Notes under the pieces: model-generated
Told to the model about the DNA's origin: nothing
Databases searched by the model: none
Seen by the model: only the letters and a program-made list of their open reading frames with translations
Made by a program: the position numbers and the translations under genes
Shown here: piece by piece, positions 50,030-59,708 of the stretch
Layout: every line of letters begins with the position of its first letter
How positions within the stretch are numbered: the first letter of the stretch is position 1
Origin: an uncultured Gemmatimonadaceae bacterium
GTDB taxonomy: Bacteria > Gemmatimonadota > Gemmatimonadetes > Gemmatimonadales > Gemmatimonadaceae
Assembly: GCA_963740355.1 (NCBI GenBank)
Contig: CAVUDW010000003.1
Span: 2,208,001-2,272,000 of the forward strand
Direction: 5' to 3'
Length of the DNA stretch: 64,000 nucleotides

Positions 50030-51472
50030 TCAGCCTCGCCGCAGCCGCAACGCCCATTCGTATACGCCGACATACGCCTTGGCCGCGTGCGTCCACGAGT
50101 TGTCCTCGCGCATGCCACGGTCCCTCAGCAACGCCCAGCTCTTCTTGTCGGCGTAGGCCAGCAGCGCACGCTCCATCGCCTCGATGAAGTGACGGGCCTC
50201 GTATTGATGAAAGACGAACCCGTTCCCCGACCACCCTTCGCGCACGGTGTCATTCAGGCCACCGGTCGCACGGACGATCGGCACGCTGCCGTACCGCAGC
50301 GCGATCATCTGCCCAAGGCCACACGGCTCGAAGCGCGACGGCATGAGGAAGGCATCGCTACCCGCGTAGATGCGCTGGGCGAGTCCGGCGTTGAAGCCGA
50401 ACCACACGGAGATGCGACCAGGATGTGCAGCCATGTGCCGCTCCATCGCCGCCTGCAGGTGGGGCTGGCCCGAGCCGAGGATCACGAGCTGCGCCTTGGT
50501 CTGCAGCATGAGCCAAGGGATCGACGCATCCAGCAGGTCGAGCCCCTTCTGCTCCACGAGGCGTGACACGATCCCGAACACCGGCACATCCGGATCGACG
50601 GTCAGCCCCAATTCCTTCTGCAGCGCCGCCTTGCACACCGCCTTGCCTGCCATGTCATCAGCGCTGAAGGTCTGCGGCAGGTGCGCGTCGTTCGATGGAT
50701 CGAAGGCACCAGTGTCGATGCCATTGAGAATCCCCGTCACCCGTTCGCGTCGCGCTCGCAGCACACCGTCGAGCCGTTCGCCGTATTCGCCGGTCATGAT
50801 CTCCTGCGCATACGTCGGGCTGACCGTCGTCACGACGTCGCTGTAGATGATGCCACGGGCCATGAAGTTGAACGTGCCGCCGATCCCCTGACCAAGGCCG
50901 TTCTCGATCAACCCACGTTCGTTCAGCCCAGCCACGCCGAGCGACTCGGGGCTGAACTGGCCCTGATACGCGAGGTTGTGAATCGTGAACACGGTCGCGA
51001 TGTGGCCGAACGTGTACTCGTAGTAAGTCCGCAGATAGTTGGCGACCAGTGCGGCATGCCAGTCATGGCTGTGCACGACGTCGGGCTGCCACTTCTCCAC
51101 CTCGCGCAGGTGCTGCATCAGGGCCAGCACACCGCGCGCGAACAGCACGAAGCGCCGATCGTCGTCGCGATCACCGTAGATGCTGCCACGCTCGAAGGCG
51201 GCCGGGATGTCGAGCAGGTAGGTCGGCACCGCACTGTCCACCACGCGCCAGATCCGCAGTTCCTCGGCGCGCTCGCCGAGTGGCAGGAAGGTGGCCGCGA
51301 TCGGGCCCTCCACGGCGATCCCCTTCTCTCGCAGCTGCCGGTAGTACGGCATCACGACGCGGACGTCGTGGTCGATCTCACGCAAGCTCCACGGCAACGC
51401 GCCGGCGACGTCGGCGAGCCCGCCGGTCTTGATATGGGGGGCCGCTTCGGCGGCGACAAACAGGACGTTCAT
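50030..51472 (-). CDS. glgA: Glycogen synthase
   Basis: KTGGLADV, HDWH, TIHNLAYQG, SRLVEQKG and PSRFEPCGL motifs. Confidence 0.96.
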   Translation of the reverse strand: MNVLFVAAEAAPHIKTGGLADVAGALPWSLREIDHDVRVVMPYYRQLREKGIAVEGPIAATFLPLGERAEELRIWRVVDSAVPTYLLDIPAAFERGSIYGDRDDDRRFVLFARGVLALMQHLREVEKWQPDVVHSHDWHAALVANYLRTYYEYTFGHIATVFTIHNLAYQGQFSPESLGVAGLNERGLIENGLGQGIGGTFNFMARGIIYSDVVTTVSPTYAQEIMTGEYGERLDGVLRARRERVTGILNGIDTGAFDPSNDAHLPQTFSADDMAGKAVCKAALQKELGLTVDPDVPVFGIVSRLVEQKGLDLLDASIPWLMLQTKAQLVILGSGQPHLQAAMERHMAAHPGRISVWFGFNAGLAQRIYAGSDAFLMPSRFEPCGLGQMIALRYGSVPIVRATGGLNDTVREGWSGNGFVFHQYEARHFIEAMERALLAYADKKSWALLRDRGMREDNSWTHAAKAYVGVYEWALRLRRG

Positions 51473-51685
51473 GCGCTGACGTATTGAAGTGAGCCGGGGG
51501 CGAGCATGGGCACGGCCGCCGAGCAGGTCGGCCTGCGGGGCAAATGTACCGTGGGGACAGGTTTTCGGATCGACGCAGGTAACCCTTGAAACGGCCCTGT
51601 CCGGTCCCCTTTCGCCGGGGTGGGCCCGCGGCCAATATCACGCACCTCCGGTTCCTGCCCTTTCCGCTTGCGAGCGCCCCCTGTC

Positions 51686-52954
51686 ATGATGTCTTCGCAC
51701 CGCTCCGGCACCATCGCACGTACCGCCATGGCCTACGTGCTTGCCGGTGGTCGTGGATCGCGCCTCTTCGAACTCACCGATCGCCGTGCCAAGCCTGCCG
51801 TGTACTTCGGCGGCAAGACGCGCATCATCGACTTTGCGCTCTCGAACGCGCTCAACTCCGGCATTCGACGCATCGGTGTCGCGACGCAGTACAAGGCGCA
51901 CAGCCTCATCCGACACCTGCAACGCGGCTGGAACTTCCTGCGCCCAGAACGCAACGAAAGTTTCGACATCCTGCCGGCCAGCCAGCGTGTGTCAGAAACG
52001 CAATGGTATGACGGGACGGCCGACGCGGTGTTCCAGAACATCGACATCATCGAGGCCTACGGACCGGAGTACATGGTGATCCTGGCTGGCGATCACATCT
52101 ACAAGATGGACTACGAGCTGATGCTGCAGCAGCACGTGGACCAGGGCGCGGATGTCACGATCGGCTGCCTCGAGGTGCCGCGCATGGAAGCCACCGGCTT
52201 TGGTGTGATGCATGTCGATGACACCGATCGCATCGTCACCTTCCTCGAGAAGCCGGCGGATCCACCGGGCATTCCCGGCAATCCGGACATGGCGCTGGCC
52301 AGCATGGGCATCTACGTCTTCAAGACGGAGTTCCTGTTCGAGTTGCTGCGCCGTGACGCGGCCGATCCCGAATCGAGCCGCGATTTCGGCAAGGACATCA
52401 TCCCGTACGTGGTCGCCAACGGCAAGGCGGTGGCGCATCGCTTCAGCACGTCGTGTGTGAAGTCGGAAACCGAGAGCGAAGCCTACTGGCGCGACGCAGG
52501 CACCATCGATTCGTACTGGGAGGCGAACATCGACCTCACCAGCGTGGTGCCGTCGCTCGACCTGTACGAGCAGAGCTGGCCGATCTGGACGTACGCCGAA
52601 CTCACCGCCTCGGCCAAGTTCGTGCACAACGAGGATGGTCGTCGCGGCCTGGCGCTGAATTCACTGGTGGCCGGTGGCTGCATCGTGTCGGGCGCACGGG
52701 TGCACAAGTCGCTGTTGTTCACCGGCGTGAAGGTGCATTCCTATGCCTATCTCGACGGGGCCGTGGTGCAGCCGTACGTGGACATCGGCCGATCCGCGCG
52801 CCTCAGCAACGTGGTGATCGATCGCGGCGTGGTGATTCCGGCGGGCCTGGTGGTGGGAGAAGATCCCGCGCTCGACGCGAAGCGGTTCCGGCGCAGTGAA
52901 AAGGGAATCTGCCTCATCACGCAGCCGATGATCGACAAGCTACTGGGGAAGTAA
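51686..52954 (+). CDS. glgC: Glucose-1-phosphate adenylyltransferase
   Basis: [37 protein letters not shown] and YWRD motifs. Confidence 0.96.
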   Translation: MMSSHRSGTIARTAMAYVLAGGRGSRLFELTDRRAKPAVYFGGKTRIIDFALSNALNSGIRRIGVATQYKAHSLIRHLQRGWNFLRPERNESFDILPASQRVSETQWYDGTADAVFQNIDIIEAYGPEYMVILAGDHIYKMDYELMLQQHVDQGADVTIGCLEVPRMEATGFGVMHVDDTDRIVTFLEKPADPPGIPGNPDMALASMGIYVFKTEFLFELLRRDAADPESSRDFGKDIIPYVVANGKAVAHRFSTSCVKSETESEAYWRDAGTIDSYWEANIDLTSVVPSLDLYEQSWPIWTYAELTASAKFVHNEDGRRGLALNSLVAGGCIVSGARVHKSLLFTGVKVHSYAYLDGAVVQPYVDIGRSARLSNVVIDRGVVIPAGLVVGEDPALDAKRFRRSEKGICLITQPMIDKLLGK

Positions 52955-53029
52955 CCGGATTCGTTCGCGCTGCGCTGACACCCGATGTGGCTGGTCTAGC
53001 CGCGTCGGGTGTTTCGCTATATTCCAAGC

Positions 53030-53251
53030 ATGGCAGATCGAGAGGTTGCGCCGCCAAGCGCGAGAATCCTTCCGGTGAAAGTCTTTCGCCTCGGTCACGA
53101 GCCAGGCGACGACCTATCGGCGTCGTCGACGGCGGAAGAAAGGGTCGCCATGGTTGCCGTCCTCTCGGCCCGCATGTGGGAGCTTGCTGGGTACGGGTTG
53201 CCGCCTTACTCACGGGATTCCATGCCCGTGCGCGTCCTGCGCCGGCGATGA
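53030..53251 (+). CDS. Small hypothetical protein (putative antitoxin partner)
   Basis: 73 aa; ATGA overlap with the nucleotidyltransferase; TATATT 6 nt before the ATG. Confidence 0.65.
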   Translation: MADREVAPPSARILPVKVFRLGHEPGDDLSASSTAEERVAMVAVLSARMWELAGYGLPPYSRDSMPVRVLRRR

Positions 53252-53709
53252 ACGACGACTGGATCGAGATGCTCTTCGCGCTTCTCGACGCAGAAGCGCG
53301 ATTTGTGGTCGTCGGAGCGCATGCGCTTGCCGTCCATGGTGTACCTCGCGGTACGCAGGATCTGGACGTCTTGATCGAACCGTCGCCAGAGAATGCCCAA
53401 CGCGTGTGGCGTGCGCTCGCGCTTTTCGGAGCGCCACTGACGGCGCTCGGCGTTTCACAAGCAGACTTCGTGCATCCCGACATGGTGATACAGTTCGGGT
53501 TACCGCCGAATCGAATCGATCTGTTGACATCCATCAGTGGGGTGCCGGATTTCGCGACAGTCTGGTCAGGTCGCGTGGTGCACACACTGCGCGGTCGGCT
53601 GGTGCCATTTATTGGCCGCGCCGAGCTGATCTCGAACAAGCGCGCGTCTGGACGACGGAAGGATCTTGCCGACATCGAGGCGCTCGGCGAAGATCCAGAC
53701 GCAACATGA
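53248..53709 (+). CDS. Pol-beta-superfamily nucleotidyltransferase (DUF6036/AbiEii-like)
   Basis: VGAHALAVHGVPRGTQDLD, RIDL and NKRASGRRKDLAD motifs. Confidence 0.82.
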   Translation: MNDDWIEMLFALLDAEARFVVVGAHALAVHGVPRGTQDLDVLIEPSPENAQRVWRALALFGAPLTALGVSQADFVHPDMVIQFGLPPNRIDLLTSISGVPDFATVWSGRVVHTLRGRLVPFIGRAELISNKRASGRRKDLADIEALGEDPDAT

Positions 53710-53766
53710 TCCACCAGAACACGCTCAGTTCCCAGCAAGGCGTCGCTCACATTCCGGCTACCTTGC

Positions 53767-53894
53767 CCCCGAACGCACTCGACGGCGTGTGACAACCGGC
53801 GAATGCGAGGCCGGAGCTTCAGCCGCCGATGATCACATCACACTCCGGCAACTGCTCCAAAAACCCCGCCCCGAACGCACTCGACGGCGTGTGA
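53767..53894. repeat. 26-bp exact direct repeat duplicating the 3' end of the adjacent gene
   Basis: CCCCGAACGCACTCGACGGCGTGTGA at 53767-53792 and 53869-53894. Confidence 0.9.
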
Positions 53895-54865
53895 TATCCG
53901 GCCGGCGGCGGATTCGTCAGCACGCGGTGTGCACTTTCCACCGCTGACAACGCCGTGAGACGATACCCTTCCGGCGTCTCCGCCGTCCCTTCGATCGTGC
54001 GACCATCGGCGTGTGTGACCCGCCCCCACACATGCATGCGCGCCGTCGCCCGCAACTCAGCGCTCGGCCCATCCACTCGCTGATCGATCTGGCGCTCCAC
54101 GAAGCGCTGCACGAATGGAATCGCCAGCAACGGACTGGCGAAACGCATCATCCGCATCGACTTGCCCGCACTCTTCGGCAACGCGAGATAGGTGTGGATG
54201 TTCGGAATCTTCGTCGACCAGAATGCCGTCGAGACATCACCCCACGGAATGGTGACCGCGAGGCGCGTGCGATCGCGAAATGGAATCGACTGCTGCTTCC
54301 ACCCCACCGGCACCCGGGTCACGCGTCCATCCTTGCGAATGGCCCCACCCTGCCCCGAGCCAAGGACCATCGTCTTCAAGGTGCCGCGGCTGAAACCGCC
54401 GCCCCCGGAGAATGCCAACTCCAGCAGCTGCGCATTGGGCAAGCGCTCCGACAAACGCGCGGCGAGGCAGTCGGTGGGCACCACATCGAAGCCGACGCCA
54501 GGCATCACCACGATCCCCGCCTTCTGTGCCTCGTCGTGCCGCGCGCGGCACCCTTCGAAGACCACGATCTCGCCCGTGATGTCGAGGTAGTGCGTGCCAC
54601 TCGCGAGGCAGGCGCGCACCATCGGCTTGCTGGTGCGAAAGAATGGACCCGCGCAATGCAGCACGACGCGCACCCCGACCAGCGCGGCTGCCAGCGCGCC
54701 TGGATCATCGAGCCCGAAGATCCGCAGCTCCAGCCCATGCGCCGTCGCCATCGGCGCCAGCGTCTCAGCGCGCCGCCCGGCAATGATCGGCCGGATGCCG
54801 CGCCGCAGGCATTCCTCCACGATCAAGCGCCCGGTGTAGCCGTTGGCACCATAGATCAGCAGCAT
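53819..54865 (-). CDS. Saccharopine-dehydrogenase-like oxidoreductase
   Basis: YGANGYTG, HCAGPF, YLDITGE and GFDVVPTD motifs. Confidence 0.9.
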   Translation of the reverse strand: MLLIYGANGYTGRLIVEECLRRGIRPIIAGRRAETLAPMATAHGLELRIFGLDDPGALAAALVGVRVVLHCAGPFFRTSKPMVRACLASGTHYLDITGEIVVFEGCRARHDEAQKAGIVVMPGVGFDVVPTDCLAARLSERLPNAQLLELAFSGGGGFSRGTLKTMVLGSGQGGAIRKDGRVTRVPVGWKQQSIPFRDRTRLAVTIPWGDVSTAFWSTKIPNIHTYLALPKSAGKSMRMMRFASPLLAIPFVQRFVERQIDQRVDGPSAELRATARMHVWGRVTHADGRTIEGTAETPEGYRLTALSAVESAHRVLTNPPPAGYHTPSSAFGAGFLEQLPECDVIIGG

Positions 54866-55944
54866 CAGACTCCCATGAAGGTCGCGAACCGCGCCAGCTC
54901 ATCCTCGAGCGCACTCCCGAACGCCGCGTCGCGCGGTGCCCGGCCCGACACGAAGCCTACATCAGGAACCAGTGCGCCATCGCGCATCGACAGGTTCGCC
55001 CACCCGATCACCACATCGCGCCAGAGCAGTGGCAGCGCGTAGTAGCCTCGCACCCGCTTCGGCGCTGGTGTGTAGGCCTCGAATCGATAGGCCCAGTCGT
55101 TGAACAGCTCGAAGCGCGTCCGGTCCCAGACGAACGGGTCGAATGGTGCCAGCAATCGCACCACATCCGGCGGCACGGTGCGACGCGTCGAGGGGGCTTC
55201 GTCAACCGGCCAATACCAGTCCACGCCGTCGACGCTCACGTGCGGCAACCGCGCCTTGGCACGTTTCGCCGCTGCGGTGCGCGCTGTCGCCCATTGGGGC
55301 GCGCCGTGGCGCAGTCGAGAGACGAGGCTGGTGAGCATCGACCCCGTCACCGGCGCGTACTTGGCCACCAGCACGTCCACCATCGCATCCATCGCGGCGT
55401 CGGCGTCACTGTGCGCGGGCGTGGGTACACGAGCGCCATAGAGGCGGGTGCCCCCTTCGCGACGCGCCACGCGCAGCATTCCACGATACTGCATCGTGTC
55501 GAGCAGTTGCGTGGTCACATTCGACGTCCCGCCGAACCAGTTGGACGCCTTGCCGTGTGCGAAGTGGGCGTCGACCTCGCGCGGATGCACCACACCACGC
55601 TCCTGCACGAATGCAAGGATGTTGGCGGCGCGCCGTTGCTCCGAGGCCGTCAGCTTCCGCGCTGCGAGGCGTGGATGCATCAGCCCATGCACCTCGCGCG
55701 TCACGAAGCCGTAGTTGATGAAGAAATCTTCTTCCACACCAAGCTTTGCGTAGCGGCGCTCGAGATCACCGGCGGCATATCCGCTCACCCGATGCCGCAG
55801 GGTGAGGTCCTGCGCCCGCGCCGGCGCTCGGATGGGGTCCGCCTGGACGAATCCCATCCGGTCCAGCACCCGACCGAGCGTGGTCGGCGCCGGGAACTGC
55901 CGGCGCAGGGCAAACTGTCGGAGCCGAACGATATCGAGGGCCAT
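54865..55944 (-). CDS. AlkZ/YcaQ-like winged-helix DNA glycosylase family protein
   Basis: FVQADPI QxD motif, LLAPFDPFVWDR and YRFEAYTPAPKRVRGYY. Confidence 0.85.
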   Translation of the reverse strand: MALDIVRLRQFALRRQFPAPTTLGRVLDRMGFVQADPIRAPARAQDLTLRHRVSGYAAGDLERRYAKLGVEEDFFINYGFVTREVHGLMHPRLAARKLTASEQRRAANILAFVQERGVVHPREVDAHFAHGKASNWFGGTSNVTTQLLDTMQYRGMLRVARREGGTRLYGARVPTPAHSDADAAMDAMVDVLVAKYAPVTGSMLTSLVSRLRHGAPQWATARTAAAKRAKARLPHVSVDGVDWYWPVDEAPSTRRTVPPDVVRLLAPFDPFVWDRTRFELFNDWAYRFEAYTPAPKRVRGYYALPLLWRDVVIGWANLSMRDGALVPDVGFVSGRAPRDAAFGSALEDELARFATFMGV

Positions 55945-56194
55945 GAACCGGCGAAGCTGGCGGGACGGAGCAACGGAAGCAAGGCGATCGCAGGCAGCCA
56001 GCCGAAGACGACCGAGGAATCACGCACATGCTCGGTACTGGCGATCCCACCGCGTACGGCGGGGTAGGACAACACGCCGATGAAGTGACCGTCTGATGGC
56101 GACGCCGTTTGTGCCATGTGCCTCGGGAGAGGCTATCGTTCCAAGAGGAAGTGGGCCTTCGCCCCAGTCGTGCCTCCACCTTCGTGTTTTCCCG

Positions 56195-56752
56195 ATGCGC
56201 TCCCTGACCGTCGCTGCACTCCTGCTCGTGACCGCCCCTTGCCTCGCCGCACAGGCGGCCGACGGTGCCGCGCGCACCACGCCCGTCGAGAAGCGCACGG
56301 CGATCACGATCAACCCGTTCGCCGCCGTGGCGGGCTACCTCACCGGCGACTTCGAGCGGGCGGTGTCTCCGGCTGTCACGCTTGGCGTGGGCGGCGGCTT
56401 CGCCTTCGGAAACGACTTCGACGACTATCGCGCGCTCGACGCCAAGGTCCGCTACTACCCGAACGAGCGCGTCCTGCGAGGGTTCGCCGTTGGCGGTTCG
56501 CTCGGCGTCGTCTCCGCCACGGGATACGATTGCTGCAGCGCTGGCTCCATCAACAGCGAGTTGGTGCGCTTCACGCGCCCCACGTTCGGCACGGAACTCA
56601 GCTATCAGTGGCTGCTCGGTCCGCATGATCGCTTCGTGACGGTGCTCGGGTTCGGCGTCAAGCGATTGTTCGGCTCCGAAGCCAACATCGATCAGGTCAA
56701 CGGGCAATTCATCCCGACCGCACGCGTCAACATCGGCTTCGCCTTTCCATGA
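56195..56752 (+). CDS. Small outer-membrane beta-barrel-like protein (DUF3575-like)
   Basis: Signal peptide, alternating beta-strands and C-terminal NIGFAF. Confidence 0.7.
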   Translation: MRSLTVAALLLVTAPCLAAQAADGAARTTPVEKRTAITINPFAAVAGYLTGDFERAVSPAVTLGVGGGFAFGNDFDDYRALDAKVRYYPNERVLRGFAVGGSLGVVSATGYDCCSAGSINSELVRFTRPTFGTELSYQWLLGPHDRFVTVLGFGVKRLFGSEANIDQVNGQFIPTARVNIGFAFP

Positions 56753-58407
56753 TGGTTCGTTCGTCTCCCGCGCGCCGCATCGCTCGGCCGCACGCCCTGA
56801 CGGTGCTCGCCGCACTGCTTGCCCTCTCCTCCGCCTCGCCGCTCGCGGTCTCGGCGCAGGTGATTCCTCGACCGATCCGGCCGACACCCGCCCCCGCCAC
56901 CACACCTGCTGCGGCCGCCGGGCCCGTGCGCGCCCGCATCGTGGGCTCGGTCTGGGATAGTGTCAGTATGCGACCTCTCGACGGGGCGCTGGTGCGGATC
57001 GTGCGAGCGGACAATCCGGCCACCGGCCGCAGCGCGACCACCAGCCTCACCGGACGCTTCGCATTCGATACCGTCGGCGAAGGCAGCTGGCTCGCAACGT
57101 TCATTCATCCGGTGCTCGACTCGCTGCGCCTCGAACCCGGCATCCTGCGCATCGACATCACCGAGACGGGCGAGATTCGTGTGCCGCTCTCCACCCCCTC
57201 GCCACGCACGATGATCACGACGACCTGCCGCGCGGTGCTGTCCAACGACCTCGGCATGATCGTGGGCGAAGTGCGTCGCGGTGACGATGATTCGCCGATC
57301 GTGGGCGCCTCGGTGTTCACCGAATGGCCGGAGTGGGTGCTGCAGCGTGGTCGCATGGCCACCGAGATGAAGCGGATCACCGTGCGCACTGACTCACTGG
57401 GTCGGTACGCGCTCTGTGGCGTGCCCGCCAACAGCGGCCTGCGCGCCTACGCCTGGAGCGGTGCCGACACCACCGGCGCGATCGAGGTTGCGGTGCCAGA
57501 AGCAGGCTACGCGCTGCAGGATTTTGCGATCGGCGTCGTGGAGCACGTCGCGCTGCAAGCCGATTCGATCGCGCCGACGACAGTACCCGCCACGCCGGCG
57601 GCAGAGGCGCCAGCACCGGCCACCCGCCCGGCGTCTGGCAGCGCCACCGCTGCACTGCCAGTCGCGCGCGTGGTGCGACGCGGCAAGGCGATCGTGCGCG
57701 GCTACGTGCGCACCATCGACGGGCGCCCGCTGGCCAATGCCATCGTACGCGTGCTGGGCAGCGGCACGCAGGTGCGCTCGAACACGGAAGGGGCGTTCGC
57801 CATCGTCGACGCCGGCTCCGGCACGCAGAGTGTCGAGGCGCGCGCCATCGGGTACGCGCCCTATCGCCTCGCCGTGCGGCTGCGCGACGGTGAAGCGACA
57901 CAGGTGATGTTGCGCCTCGCCGTGCAGCGGGTGCAGCTCGACACAGTGCGTGTGGTGGCGGGAAAGACTCTGGCGCCGGAAGTGCGCGCCATCGAGCGAC
58001 GGATGCGGAGCGGCGTCGGCACCATTCTCGACGCACAGACGGTCCGCGAGCGCGCCACACTCTTCGTCACCGACGCACTGCGCGGCATGCCGGGGGTCAC
58101 CATCTCGCAGTCGGGTGGCAATGGTCAGGAAGTGTTGCTGCGGCGCAATGCCGGTGCCGATGGTTCGTACTGTCCTGCCAACATCCAGGTGGACGGCATT
58201 CGCATGCCGCCATCAGCCAGCGCCAACGCCACGCTCGACGACTACGTGAAGATCGCCGACATCGCCGCCATCGAAGTGTACGCCCGGGTCAGCCAGGTGC
58301 CGCCGGAGTTCTATTCGGCCGACAACCAGTGCGGCGTGATCGTCGTCTGGACCCGACGTGGCACACAAGGCGTGATGCCGCAGAAGCCAAAGCCCGCGGC
58401 ACCCTGA
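56749..58407 (+). CDS. Carboxypeptidase-regulatory-like repeats + TonB plug-like domain protein
   Basis: Three GxV.D...P..A.V repeats; DALRGMPGV and IAAIEVY...CGVIVVWTR; no beta-barrel follows. Confidence 0.78.
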   Translation: MMVRSSPARRIARPHALTVLAALLALSSASPLAVSAQVIPRPIRPTPAPATTPAAAAGPVRARIVGSVWDSVSMRPLDGALVRIVRADNPATGRSATTSLTGRFAFDTVGEGSWLATFIHPVLDSLRLEPGILRIDITETGEIRVPLSTPSPRTMITTTCRAVLSNDLGMIVGEVRRGDDDSPIVGASVFTEWPEWVLQRGRMATEMKRITVRTDSLGRYALCGVPANSGLRAYAWSGADTTGAIEVAVPEAGYALQDFAIGVVEHVALQADSIAPTTVPATPAAEAPAPATRPASGSATAALPVARVVRRGKAIVRGYVRTIDGRPLANAIVRVLGSGTQVRSNTEGAFAIVDAGSGTQSVEARAIGYAPYRLAVRLRDGEATQVMLRLAVQRVQLDTVRVVAGKTLAPEVRAIERRMRSGVGTILDAQTVRERATLFVTDALRGMPGVTISQSGGNGQEVLLRRNAGADGSYCPANIQVDGIRMPPSASANATLDDYVKIADIAAIEVYARVSQVPPEFYSADNQCGVIVVWTRRGTQGVMPQKPKPAAP

Positions 58408-58424
58408 CGTCACGGGTTGAACGC

Positions 58425-58460
58425 GAAACGCGCGCGGCTCAGGTGAGTCGCGCGCGTTTC
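58425..58460. terminator. Hairpin between convergent genes (probable terminator)
   Basis: GAAACGCGCGCGGCTC-aggt-GAGTCGCGCGCGTTTC. Confidence 0.7.
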
Positions 58461-58481
58461 TCGTTCGCCATGCTGGGCGTG

Positions 58482-59306
58482 CTATTTCTTGCGCAACCGC
58501 TTCAACTCCGCCTCGGAAACGATGAAGCCGAAGCCGGGCCACCCACGGGATGCGACCGCACGCTCGAACGCCGCCTTCGCATTCGCCGTATCGCCACGCG
58601 CCATGTACCAGTCGCCCAGACCGTAATTCAGAGTAGCGACCTGCACGTCGGTGGTATCACCCGGCGCAAACAGCGTCTCGGGTGTCAGTTCGCCGCGATA
58701 CAGCTTGAGGCGCGTGACATAGGCGTATCCCGGCGGCGCCTGCAGCGTGTCTGGCCGACGCGCCAGCATGGCGGTCGCCTCTGCCCCGCGGCCGGCACGT
58801 GAGAGCGACATCCAAAGCCAATCGGTGCTGCCGGCACGTTCACCACCGTCCGGTGCGCGGGGCTGGGCACGCGCGAACATTTCCGCCGCGCCATTGAAGT
58901 CGCCCTCGATGAAACGCAATACGCCGAAATGGAAGAGAATGCCGTAGTTCGTGCTGTCGAGTGCAAAGCCGCGCGTGAGGTCGGCACGCGCCTTGGCAAA
59001 CTCGCGCACCGAGATGTAGCGATGCCCGCGCCAGCGTAGCAGCATCACATCGTTCGGCGCGATCTTCAGTCCATCGGTGAGTGTGGCAATCGCTTCACGA
59101 AACTGCCGCGCCCCCGACTGTGCGACCGCCAGCGCGATGAACTTTTGCGGATTTCGCCCATCGGCCGCCAGCGCCGCCTGGGCGCGGGCGATCGGACCGG
59201 TGTCGTTCTGTGCGCGATACGCGATACCGGCAGGCGAGGTGTACTGTACCGACTGCGCAGCCGCCGGGATGGCCGCGAACGCCAGGGCGACGAGTCCTCG
59301 CATCAT
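58482..59306 (-). CDS. Secreted TPR-repeat protein
   Basis: Start trimmed to MMRGLVALA (signal peptide); TPR-like helices, RGHRYI and WPGFGFI. Confidence 0.8.
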   Translation of the reverse strand: MMRGLVALAFAAIPAAAQSVQYTSPAGIAYRAQNDTGPIARAQAALAADGRNPQKFIALAVAQSGARQFREAIATLTDGLKIAPNDVMLLRWRGHRYISVREFAKARADLTRGFALDSTNYGILFHFGVLRFIEGDFNGAAEMFARAQPRAPDGGERAGSTDWLWMSLSRAGRGAEATAMLARRPDTLQAPPGYAYVTRLKLYRGELTPETLFAPGDTTDVQVATLNYGLGDWYMARGDTANAKAAFERAVASRGWPGFGFIVSEAELKRLRKK

Positions 59307-59418
59307 GACACGAACGTTCCGGCCGCAGGGCATCCGGGTAACTCCTGTAGGGGGGACCACCGGCGGCGATCTCCGCCACCCGCTGTGTCCCGTCAAGCTA
59401 CCGCCGCGACGACACATC

Positions 59419-59450
59419 TTGACCAATCCGACCGACGTCGGTACGGTTGG
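59419..59450 (+). promoter_or_regulatory. Sigma70-like promoter overlapped by a palindrome
   Basis: TTGACC-N17-TACGGT, with CCAAtCCGACCGAC|GTCGGTaCGGTTGG spanning it. Confidence 0.6.
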
Positions 59451-59510
59451 AGACCACGCAGCTGAATCTGCGTGCGGTCCGGTTCGCCCCCAAGCCTCTC
59501 TGGTGCTTCG

Positions 59511-59615
59511 ATGATCACCCTCCGAATGCTGACGCTCCCCCCCGTCCCGCCGGTAACGCCGGCCACGGTGGTTGTCGGCACGCATGGATTCATCGACGCA
59601 GTGCGCATCGGGTAG
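59511..59615 (+). CDS. Putative leader peptide (34 aa)
   Basis: MITLRMLTLPPVPPVTPATVVVGTHGFIDAVRIG* lying between the promoter and a terminator, upstream of MATE; no clear SD. Confidence 0.45.
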   Translation: MITLRMLTLPPVPPVTPATVVVGTHGFIDAVRIG

Positions 59616-59648
59616 AAGCCGCGAACAGCTCGCCGCTCCTCGCTTCCG

Positions 59649-59687
59649 AACGCCCCGCCTGCCTCGATCCGCAGTAGGGGCGTTTTT
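59649..59687 (+). terminator. Terminator in the 5' leader of the MATE gene (attenuator-like)
   Basis: AACGCCCC-gc-CTGC-ctcgatcc-GCAG-ta-GGGGCGTT-TTT, about 20 nt before the MATE start. Confidence 0.7.
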
Positions 59688-59708
59688 CATTCGGTGAACG
59701 AGGTCCGC

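Noticed and set aside
52987..53247. Long N-terminus of the 240-aa NTase ORF
   Set aside because: Better explained as a separate 73-aa ORF in another frame, coupled to ATG 53248.
59447..59677. 76-aa ORF in the MATE leader
   Set aside because: Its TTG start lies within the -10 box and its end lies within the terminator stem.
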